The notes under the pieces were generated by a model. That model was given only the letters and a program-made list of their open reading frames with translations. It was not told the DNA's origin and did not search any database. Below are positions 55,460 through 64,000 of a stretch of 64,000 bases of DNA, piece by piece. The first letter of the stretch is position 1. Every line of letters begins with the position of its first letter. The stretch is taken from assembly GCA_965240325.2 (NCBI GenBank), contig OZ251227.1, positions 310,001-374,000 of the forward strand, written 5' to 3'. The translations under genes and the position numbers were made by a program. This DNA comes from Rebecca billardiae RCC1528. Taxonomy: Eukaryota; Protista; Haptophyta.

Positions 55460-57422
55460 AACTTTTCTGAGGATAGCGCACCAGCAAAATCCCTTGACCG
55501 CCATCCGGATTTTACGGAGGCCGCGTTTGGACGCAGAAACGCGCGATGGCGAGGCCCGCCCTCGCACCACCGCTCTCGCGAGATCGCGACCGTGCGACCT
55601 GCGGCGTTGCGCTCGACGCGCTCTTTCTGCTCGGAGGCCGCGAGGACTCCCAGGTGCGCCAGCTCGCGAGCGCGCACCTTCCTCCTCGCCGCGCTCGCCG
55701 AGCACGAGCCGATCTGCAGCAGATGTGCAAGGAGCCGCATGTGGCCTTCCTCGCGCGCGCGGCACGGCTGCACACGAAAATCGTTAGAGGGCACTTCTCC
55801 GCGCATTCTACATTTTGGGGAAAGAACGCCTGAACTGCACAAAAAGTGCCCTCTAACGCTTCCGCTCCTCGCCGTTGCGTGCACGCGCAAAGGAGCACTG
55901 CAAAGGGTGCGACTGGGAGCATTCCTTCTCCCGGGCGGCCACCACGGCCTCGGAGGTGGTGAGGAACGCGTCGGCGACCACGGCGTGGACCACCTCCGTC
56001 GCGCCGGACACTCCGGTCGCCCCTCGCCGGACTCCATCCTCGCTGCGCGCTGACCGTTTGCCGAGCGGGCTGCCCCGCCGCCTGCCCGGCGTGTGCCCGC
56101 GTGGTGACACAAGATGGTCGAAGGCGTGGCAGCGCGGTGGTGCGTGCGATCGGGGGACCCCACCTGAGCTACGACACGGGCGCGCGCGCTCATCCGTGCT
56201 CATCACGGTGGTGCACGCGCGCGTCGCGCGCTGACGCTCGTCGGCTGTCGCGCGCTGACGGCTGGGCTGCTTTGGGGTGTCGGCGGCGGCCACAGCTCGC
56301 TGGTACGGGCGCGATGGTGGCTGCGAGTGGTACGCGGCGTTGCACCAGGTCCGTGTGCGTCACGCACGACGCTCGGCCGGCTCGCCCTCGGACCATTGGC
56401 TGAGCCCTACTCGCCGCGCGCACTGCGCGCGGCAGCCGCTCCGCAGCTGCTCCGGGCACGAAGCGCGCCCCGCGCGCTGCACGTGGGCGCGACGAGGTGG
56501 TGCAGCGAGCATGCGCGAGAGTGTGCGCGTGATGGGCACCACAATGACGATACTTGCCATGCACATCTGCCTCTCGCCACGCCTTCGTCACGATAGCTGC
56601 GACTGCTGCCCAGAGGTGCGCTCGAGCGCTCGCGCGCGTTTGAATCTGGGCTCGGCGGCGATCGCGTGGACGAGGGGCAGCGCGGTGCACGGTGGCGGAG
56701 CGCGTGCGGAGCGCAGCCTACACCTCCTACACGCTCCATCCAGACACATCGCGCATGCTCGCGCGGCCTCCTCGGTCCATCACGTGCGCGTGCGCGCGCG
56801 AGCAGGTGTGCATTCGCCGGGCGCGTTCACGGCGCGCCGCGTTGGCGCGCGCGCACCGATACCCGTGCGCAGCTCGACGAGCGAGCGCGGTGTGTTTCGA
56901 TGCGTATGGGGAGGCTCGAATTTACGCGCGCGCACGCGCCGGCCCTCGCCGCCCCTTCGCTCGCCCACGCCTCATCTGCGCGCTCGGCGTTTGCAGGCAG
57001 CTGCGCATTCTTTCCGACACGTGCGCAAACGAGCAGATGGCGCTGGGCGAGGTCGATTGGTGCGTCAGATATTCGGCAACGACCAGGCCCGCTTGTGTGC
57101 CGCCGCTCGTGCTACTCTCGACGACCACCTCTGGCTCGGTCGCGCGCACGAGGCTGCTCGCGGCCGAATCGTGCCGTGTACCGTCAAGCTGTACCGTGCG
57201 CAGCGAGGCGCACTCAGACGTCGGCATGGGCTCGCATGCGAGGGCCCGGCAGTGCGACGCGTCGATGGAGCATGCTCCGGATACGCTTCGGCGCACTTCC
57301 CGACGCGCACGAGCCGCTCGAAGGCGCGGAAGGGCGCCCAAACGGGGCAACCGCCATTTTGCGCCACTTCGGCCCGGATGGCGGTCAAGGGAAATTGCTG
57401 GTGCGCTATCCTCAGAAAAGTT
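55460..57422. mobile_element. ~1.96-kb non-autonomous DNA transposon with ~50-bp TIRs
   Basis: 55458-55508 and 57374-57424 are inverted repeats matching at 49/51 positions. Both ends have TA. No transposase is recognisable inside. Confidence 0.85.
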
Positions 57423-57564
57423 TAATCATATAATATTTATATATAGCGCAAGCTAGCCCGCTAGCCGGGTCTGACTGACACGACATGTCCATTATTGCGT
57501 GGTGGGTCGCAGTTGGCTTATCCGCGGCGCACGAGGCTCGCAAGTGGCTGAGAGCTTGCCAGCT

Positions 57565-59172
57565 TCACCTGAGACCAGGTCCGCGCGCACTCGGCGGCGC
57601 ACTCGGCGGGCGCGGCGGCGGCGGGTGCTCATAGTAGAGCTGCATCAGCTTCTCGCGCTTGCCGTCCTCCATGGCGCTGTTGTACATTGCCAGCAACCGC
57701 TCGCGCTTGGTCTCGGGCAGGGTCGTCGTGTTGAGCTCGACCGTGGACAGCGGCGAGACTAGACGGCGCGGCGAGTGCAGCGGCATGCCAGCGGGCTCGC
57801 GCACGGGCGCGCGCAGCGAGCCCGATTGCGCCGCGTGTGGGTTGTGCGGCATGGGCTCCGGCGCGCGGCGCTCGTTGTACTGCTTGCGCGCGCGCGCGCG
57901 CATCAGCTTCTCCTCGCGCATCGCGGCCGCCGCCTGCCGGCGCGGCGTGTTGATCGGGGGGCCGCGCGGCACGCCGCGGCCGCTTCGGCGCGTGCTGCGC
58001 GAGCGCGCCGTGTGCTCGGCGCCATCCTCGCCCCACGCGTACCGCTGCGCCATGAGAAGGTCGTCGCTGAACGCGAAGGTCTGCGAGGCGCGCTGCTCGG
58101 CGTGGCGGCGGAAGGTGGGCTGCCTGGGCGGCGCCGCGCGTCCGGGCGACATCGGCACGGCTGGCTGCGTGTGCCGCGGGTGCATCACGTGGTTGAGGCT
58201 GGAGCCGATGAAGCCGTCGATGAAGTCGCCGATACTCACGTTGTCGCCCAGGCCGTACAGCCGCCAGATCTCGCGCGCGACCGGCTCGGAGACCTCGAGG
58301 CCGTACCGGCGGAAGAGGAGTACGAGGAGGGCGGGTGTGACCGCCTGCTGCGCCGAGAGCGAGCCGCCCGCGCTGTTCGTCAGCTCCGCCGACTTCGCCG
58401 CCGGCGGCGTCGCCGCGCCCGACGCGGCGGGCGTGGCTGTGACGATGGCGGACTGGCGCAGCATGTTGGACAGGTCCATCAGCAGCCGCTTGTCCGAGGA
58501 GCTCGAGGCCTCGAGCTTGCGCACGAGCTCGTGCGCGAGCGCCTGCAGGTCCATGTGCTCCGGCGGCGGGTGCACGAGCTGCACCTCGGGGTCGCGCCGC
58601 CGGCGCAGCAGCGGCGAGAGCCGGCCGGGCGAGGGCGGCTCCGAGCCGTCCTCGTCGCCGTCGATGCGGCGGAACGTGCGCAGCAGGTGCGCGATGGTGA
58701 GCGAGCCGTCGTCCGGCAGCCCGACCTCGACGAGCACGTTGTGCGCCTGCTCTTGCGTGATCGTGACGCCCAGGCGGATCGCGATGCCCGTCCAGTCGCG
58801 CACCGACAAGCGGCGCGTCACACCATCGGTCGCGCCCACCATCCGGATGATGGCGCGCGCGGGGTTGACGTGCTCGTTCATCTTGCGCCGGAGCTCGACA
58901 ATGACCTGCTCGGTGCTCCACCGAGTCATCTGCGGGATCATGAGCTGCTTGTACGACTCCTCCTCTTCGACCGGCACCTCCGGCTCCGGTGGGCGGTACG
59001 GCTGCCGAGGTGGGAGCGGCGGCTTGCGCGCACGGGCGTGCGTCGGCGATGGTCGGCGCACACCGGCCGAAGCGGGCCGCCGACCCTCGCGGCGCGCAAT
59101 GAGAGCATGCCCGAGGCGCTCGTGCGGGAGTGCCCGCGGCACGTTGATGTAGTCCGTCCGCGGCGAGAACAT
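57565..59172 (-). CDS. Hypothetical protein with two degenerate EF-hand-like pairs and P/R-rich regions
   Basis: Long coding-biased ORF. Two related segments: RLGVTIT......V....GLPDDGSLTI..LL and RYGLEVS......IW..YGLGDNVSIGDFI. Confidence 0.6.
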   Translation of the reverse strand: MFSPRTDYINVPRALPHERLGHALIARREGRRPASAGVRRPSPTHARARKPPLPPRQPYRPPEPEVPVEEEESYKQLMIPQMTRWSTEQVIVELRRKMNEHVNPARAIIRMVGATDGVTRRLSVRDWTGIAIRLGVTITQEQAHNVLVEVGLPDDGSLTIAHLLRTFRRIDGDEDGSEPPSPGRLSPLLRRRRDPEVQLVHPPPEHMDLQALAHELVRKLEASSSSDKRLLMDLSNMLRQSAIVTATPAASGAATPPAAKSAELTNSAGGSLSAQQAVTPALLVLLFRRYGLEVSEPVAREIWRLYGLGDNVSIGDFIDGFIGSSLNHVMHPRHTQPAVPMSPGRAAPPRQPTFRRHAEQRASQTFAFSDDLLMAQRYAWGEDGAEHTARSRSTRRSGRGVPRGPPINTPRRQAAAAMREEKLMRARARKQYNERRAPEPMPHNPHAAQSGSLRAPVREPAGMPLHSPRRLVSPLSTVELNTTTLPETKRERLLAMYNSAMEDGKREKLMQLYYEHPPPPRPPSAPPSARGPGLR

Positions 59173-59324
59173 CGGCAGCGGACGTGGAGAGCAGCGTCCT
59201 TCTTTCAAGCAATGGTCGGGCAACCTGGCGTTTCAAGCCGGGACGAACAAGCCGGGCGGACGTGATGGTCCTTTGGCCGGACCAAGACTCACGTCCGTCC
59301 TGAGTCGCGCGCGTCGGAGTCGCG

Positions 59325-60206
59325 ATGCGCGCCGGCTCCCCGTGGCTCCGCGCAAGCCTGCTGCTTTGCGCGATGTCCTCCGTCTCGAGCGCGAAGACGT
59401 TCCTCGTAACGGGCTCAACGAGCGGGATCGGGCACTTCACGGCGACCCGCCTCGCCAAGGACGGGCACCGCGTCCTCGTGCACGGGCGCTCGCAGGAGAA
59501 GGTCGACGCGGTCGTGTCCGAGCTCGCGCCGCTGGCCGAAGGTTTTGTGGCGGACATCTCCGAGATGGCGGGCGTGCGCGCGCTCGCATCTGCGGTGCTC
59601 AGCCGTCATCCAAAGCTCGACGGGCTGCTCAACAACGCGGGCACCTTCGACGGCGACTACACGGGTAGCCGGCGCGTGACGGCGGATGGCAACGAGTACT
59701 CGCTGGCGGTGAACGTGTGCGCGCCCTTCCTGCTCACCTCGCTGCTGCTGCCCGCGCTGCGAGCCTCCGGGTGCGCGCGGCTGCTGTTCACCTCGTCGCT
59801 CTCGCAGGGCGCGCCGGACGCGCTCGACGACCTGCAGCTCGAGCGCGGCTGGAGCGCGCACCGTGCCTACTCCTTCTCCAAGCTGGCAAACGCAATGATT
59901 GCGATGGAAGTGCATGCGCGCTTCGGGAAGCCGCCAGAGCTCACGGTGAACACGATGGACCCCGGCACGGTGGACACGAAGATGCTGCGCGCGGGATGGT
60001 GGAGCGGCGGGCGCTCGGTGCAGACCGCGACCGCCTCGCACTACCTGCTCACCGAGCCCAGCCTGCAGGAGACCTCTGGTCAGTACTTTGTCGAGCACAG
60101 ACCGTCGCGCGCGGACGCGCAGGCGTATGACGAGGGCGCGCGCGCCAAGCTCTGGGACGAGCTGGTCGAGCTGACGGGGGCATCGTGGCCTGCCGCCAGC
60201 TCGTAA
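59325..60206 (+). CDS. Short-chain dehydrogenase/reductase (retinol-DH-like)
   Basis: TGSTSGIG, NNAG, YSFSK and DPGTVDT. Confidence 0.93.
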   Translation: MRAGSPWLRASLLLCAMSSVSSAKTFLVTGSTSGIGHFTATRLAKDGHRVLVHGRSQEKVDAVVSELAPLAEGFVADISEMAGVRALASAVLSRHPKLDGLLNNAGTFDGDYTGSRRVTADGNEYSLAVNVCAPFLLTSLLLPALRASGCARLLFTSSLSQGAPDALDDLQLERGWSAHRAYSFSKLANAMIAMEVHARFGKPPELTVNTMDPGTVDTKMLRAGWWSGGRSVQTATASHYLLTEPSLQETSGQYFVEHRPSRADAQAYDEGARAKLWDELVELTGASWPAASS

Positions 60207-60989
60207 GGCACGCACTTTGACTTGGCCGGCGCGGGCGGCACGCGGACGACAATCCAGCCAGGGTGCGCAGGCGCCCAAGTGGCTCAGTGGTCAGAATGCC
60301 GCCCGTGTGTCAGGAGTAGTAGTAGGACCAGGGTCGCTCTACTGCTTTGTCTACATCAGCGCGTATTGCAGCAGCGACCGCAGCTACCACTTGACATTCC
60401 CGCCTAACTGGCCACGCAGCCGCAGGACAAACTATATTATTTATAGTATATATATTATAATAAATGATGCCGGTAAATCAACGCGCGCTCGGCGTCGTAC
60501 TCGTAGTAGTCGTACGAGTACAGTATATCATACTAAGCTAATTCTATGCTGATTTAAAGACACAGGCACGAGGGCGCAGCTCTCCTTGGTACTGGTCGAA
60601 GCTTGCAGCCAGTGGCAGTGGTGTTCATGAGCACGTTGATGTTGGCGGGCCTCGCCATGGCGGTGCTGGATGAGTGGATGATATGCGTTGTAGTTGTCGT
60701 CGTCGACGTCGTCAGGCCCGCCAGGAAGTGTCACATGAGTACCCGAACTGATATCTGAAATCAAAGGCAGGCGAGTCAGAGCATGTTGCCGTTGGGCCCG
60801 TTGGCGTCGGCACGGTTCGGTGATGTGCTGCTGTCATCAATAAGCGATCGAATTATTGTGTTACACAAGCAGCAGTACGTGCTGTGTGCGAGCTCGCTGC
60901 GAGCTCGCAGCTCGTGAGATGTGTGTTACGACTGTGTGACAGCCGTGCAGTCCGATGTCCGCCTGTGGACGCAGTTGACGGGATGATGA

Positions 60990-62786
60990 TCACGACGGCA
61001 TCACCGAGAGGGGCGCCACGCTGCCCTTGGCATCGCAAGAACCGCGCTCTGCCGACGAGTAGGTTACGCCCAGGTGCTCATCCGGCGTCGCGAGCGGAGC
61101 TGACGGGCCGGCGGCAGGGCTGCCCGGCTGCGCGATCTGCGCGCCTCGCAGCCGCCGCCGTTCGAGTGTGCGCATGCGGCCGCTGATCACGTCGTCCGAG
61201 CGCAGGAGATGCACCGCCGCGAGCAGGGGCTCACGCAAGCGCGCCACCTCGCGCTGCGCTCGCCTCGTCGAGCGCGCCGACGCGCCACCCGCCGCGCCGC
61301 ACCCCGCTCCCCCCCTCCCATCCGCGCCGCCCGTCCCGGGGTGTGCGCTCAGCAGCTGCAGCGCGGCGTGCAGCCGGTGCGCGACGTCCTCCTTGAGCTC
61401 GAGCAGCTCGTCCTCGCACATCGCGCACTCCGGGTGGTGCGCGGCGGTGCCGGTCTGCAGGAAGGCGCGCAGGTTGTGCGCGTTCAGGTTGATGAACGAC
61501 TCGTACGCCGTCAGGTTGAGGACGTCGGCCGCCGCGCGGGCGGGCGCCGCGGCGGGCGGCCCCGCGCGGGCGGCCGAGGTGGCCGCGCGCGCGCGCGCCG
61601 CCTGCGCACGACGCGGCGCGTGCGATGCCGACGGCAGCGCGCACGGCTCCGACCGAGCGTGCGGCGGCGCGGCGGCGTCCTCGCGCGCCTGTCGTGTCGC
61701 GCCACGCGTCGTCGGCTGCGCGCCTCCGCCGCGCCTCGCGCCGCGCGCCGCCTGCTGCTCCGGCTGCGCCGCCGGCTGTGCCAGCTGCTGCGCGCTGACG
61801 CCGCGCCCGCACCGACCGCCATCGGCGGCGCGCCGAGGCGTGGCGCGGGGCTGCGCGACGGCTGGCGCGCCGAGCGGCTGGTGCGCGGGCGGCAGGCAGA
61901 GCGTCGTGTGCGCGTTCGCGCCCGAGAAGACGAAGACATCGCCCGGCTCGACGATCGCCACGCGGCACGCGGCCTCGAGCTCGGCGAGCGCCTCTGCGGG
62001 CAGTGGCCCGGTGGGCGCCCCCGCCGGCCGCATCAGCCGGCGGTACCAGCTGCTGAGCACGCGCTCGCTCTCGGCGCCCAGCGGCCAGACGGCGAGGAGC
62101 TTGCGCCCGAGGAAGTTCTTGCCAAGGTTCGACCAGTTCACCTGGTCCACGTGCACCGACGAGCCCGTGCCCGCCGCGCCGACGAAGACGTGGCCGCGGT
62201 CCCACGAGGGCATGGCGCACACGGCGGCGGCACTCAGCACGTCCTGCGCGTCGCGCGAGAGGAGCGTGCGCGAGCGCTCGTCGAGGGTGCACGGGTGCTT
62301 GCGCTTGCGCGTGCGCGAGAGCTCGGCGATGTACAGCCCGCCCGTCGCGGCGACCCCCGCCTCGGCGCCGTCCACCGCACGCTCGGCCGGTGGCGCGTCG
62401 GGGTCGTCAAAGTCTGTCGCCGAGCGCAGCTTCTCGCCGAGTGTGCGCAAAAGCTTGCCGTCGCGGTCGCGCTTGAGCGTGCGCTCGCGCCCGGCAGTGT
62501 TCCAGTAGTACACGCGCCCGTCCAACCGGTCCACCGCCTCCTCGCCAAGCTCGCGCACGAAGCCCGCGATGCCTGCGCCGCGCCGAGCGGCCGCGCGCAC
62601 GTCGCGCCGCACCGACGCCTCGAGCCCAAGGGCCTTGAGCCCGCCGCGCAACACGATCACGTCGTCGACGTGGCGCTCGTAGAACAGGGCGCGAGCGAGC
62701 GCGGCGGCGTCGGGCACGACACGCGCCGCTTTGCCCGGGTGCTGTCGCAGCAGCGCCTCGACCTGCGCGTCCACGTCCTCGGCCAT
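60990..62786 (-). CDS. JmjC/cupin-like Fe(II)/2-oxoglutarate oxygenase domain protein
   Basis: VFVGAAGTGSSVHVDQ (HxD), GRKL, and VEPGDVFVFSGANAH (distal His). Confidence 0.75.
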   Translation of the reverse strand: MAEDVDAQVEALLRQHPGKAARVVPDAAALARALFYERHVDDVIVLRGGLKALGLEASVRRDVRAAARRGAGIAGFVRELGEEAVDRLDGRVYYWNTAGRERTLKRDRDGKLLRTLGEKLRSATDFDDPDAPPAERAVDGAEAGVAATGGLYIAELSRTRKRKHPCTLDERSRTLLSRDAQDVLSAAAVCAMPSWDRGHVFVGAAGTGSSVHVDQVNWSNLGKNFLGRKLLAVWPLGAESERVLSSWYRRLMRPAGAPTGPLPAEALAELEAACRVAIVEPGDVFVFSGANAHTTLCLPPAHQPLGAPAVAQPRATPRRAADGGRCGRGVSAQQLAQPAAQPEQQAARGARRGGGAQPTTRGATRQAREDAAAPPHARSEPCALPSASHAPRRAQAARARAATSAARAGPPAAAPARAAADVLNLTAYESFINLNAHNLRAFLQTGTAAHHPECAMCEDELLELKEDVAHRLHAALQLLSAHPGTGGADGRGGAGCGAAGGASARSTRRAQREVARLREPLLAAVHLLRSDDVISGRMRTLERRRLRGAQIAQPGSPAAGPSAPLATPDEHLGVTYSSAERGSCDAKGSVAPLSVMPS

Positions 62787-62961
62787 CGTCTTCCAGATGC
62801 GCGGTTTGCCCTGGCATTTATTGTAGGCCCTTTTTGTAATAAGCAAATTTCAGATAGATTTTCGGCGGCGTGCGATTTATTTATTCGACCGACGAGCTGA
62901 TGAACCATCTGCCCCATTCTGCGCACCCGCCGGCAGGCTGCAGCAGTGTGAATTACGACTG

Positions 62962-63009
62962 ATCTCGCCTGCCTGAGCTGTGTGCGTCTCTTATTCTTAG
63001 TAAACTGTA
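62962..63009 (-). repeat. Dispersed repeat / transposon end, copy C (terminal ~48 bp only)
   Basis: atctcgcctgcctgagctgtgtgcgtctcttattcttagtaaactg|TA. Confidence 0.9.
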
Positions 63010-63322
63010 AACTGTATCATACGGTTTTTCTGAATTTCGCGTGCTGCGCGCATCATCATGCATGCCCATCGAGGCCGGCGGTCAACAAACACAGTGCATA
63101 CTGCATGCCCTACCAACGTCCTTTCACTAGTTAGGTCCTTTCACCTTTGTCCATCGCCCGGTCTGCCATGACCCTGACCGCGTGCGCGCATTGCATATCA
63201 GAGATTCAGAGTCATAGAACTCCTATACATCTAAGAGTCTGCTACGACGGCAGCAGCTCAGTCAAATCCGTAGCCCAGTCCGCAGTCGGAATCCGAATGG
63301 TCGGGCAGTCGTTCGTCACAGC

Positions 63323-64000
63323 TCACGACGCAAACGCTCCGTCCAGCAGCTGCTCGTGCATCGAGCGGTAGCCGTTGGCGATGTCTGCGACAAAGTCGTC
63401 GTCACGCCAAAGAGGCATCCCGATGCGCAGCTGGTCGAGCAGGTGTGCAAGCAGGCTATTTTCCGTCCAGAAGTCCGCCGCGTGCTGGTTGACGATGCGC
63501 GCGACCGGCCTGCCACCGAACCGCTCGGCACGCGGCGTGGGCGCGAGGTTGGCGTAGCCGCCATCGACGACTGCGTGGCTGCGGAAGCGCACAAACGGCC
63601 GATCGACGATGTTGAACGGGATGGTGCCACTCGCGGTCAGCGCGTGCAGCAGCTCGTCCACGTCGGCGAAGGAGGACACCAGCCACGACGGCGCCGGTGC
63701 GAACGGCCGCGTGAGCGCAATGTGGAGCTGGCCGTCAAGCGCGCGCACGCCGTCCGCGCCGGTTGGGAGGTGGGCGCGGAAGATGCGGAGTAGCCGCGGC
63801 CACATCTCCCAAGCGCGCCCGGCGAGCGCGATGCGCCGCGCGTTCGCGCCCATCTCGAGCTCACCCTGCACGACGCTCGCGCACACCGCACGCACGGCTG
63901 CCACGCGCGCCTCCGCGCTGAGGCGCAGCGACGGCGCGAGCATCGCGGCGATGGGCGCCCCGGTCGAGCAGCCGTACAGCTGCGTGTCGTTGGCAAGCAG
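63323..64000 (-). CDS. Patatin-like phospholipase, 5'-partial
   Basis: GCSTG (GxSxG) nucleophile, ALTASGTIP, and the VDGG catalytic motif. Confidence 0.82.
   Translation of the reverse strand: MLANDTQLYGCSTGAPIAAMLAPSLRLSAEARVAAVRAVCASVVQGELEMGANARRIALAGRAWEMWPRLLRIFRAHLPTGADGVRALDGQLHIALTRPFAPAPSWLVSSFADVDELLHALTASGTIPFNIVDRPFVRFRSHAVVDGGYANLAPTPRAERFGGRPVARIVNQHAADFWTENSLLAHLLDQLRIGMPLWRDDDFVADIANGYRSMHEQLLDGAFAS

Noticed and set aside
55510-57370. Possible transposase or Fanzor/TnpB cargo inside the TIR element
   Set aside because: No DDE, RuvC or zinc-finger motifs are recognisable in any listed ORF.

Overview
This is very GC-rich eukaryotic nuclear DNA with short GT-AG introns. Plastid enzymes (Z-ISO, dihydrolipoamide dehydrogenase, CDP-DAG synthase) carry N-terminal signal-type presequences, and flagellar/cytoskeletal genes (SF-assemblin, TPPP) are present. 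Together these point to a flagellate alga with a secondary plastid, probably a haptophyte such as Pavlova/Diacronema (inference). About 25 protein-coding genes are mostly arranged as tight head-to-head pairs, separated by longer AT-richer spacers containing repeats. The strongest candidate for a new system is a co-oriented trio at 33.7-43.3 kb. It consists of a TRPM2-like SLOG-channel-Nudix 'chanzyme' with an intact Nudix box, followed directly by two TIR-like proteins that keep the WCxxE glutamate, one soluble and one multi-pass membrane. This matches the logic of a Thoeris-like NAD+/ADPR signalling module in an alga. Other highlights are a 5'-truncated CRE-clade RLE retrotransposon with an unusual GHDD motif and further 3'-end copies, several TIR-bounded non-autonomous DNA elements (one CpG-depleted), a SMARCAL1/ZRANB3 hybrid helicase, a TupA-like ATP-grasp protein, a surface protein with seven Cys-domain repeats, and a bacterial/viral-type SET protein with a hydrophobic leader. 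All family calls come from motif recognition by eye; no database searches were run.
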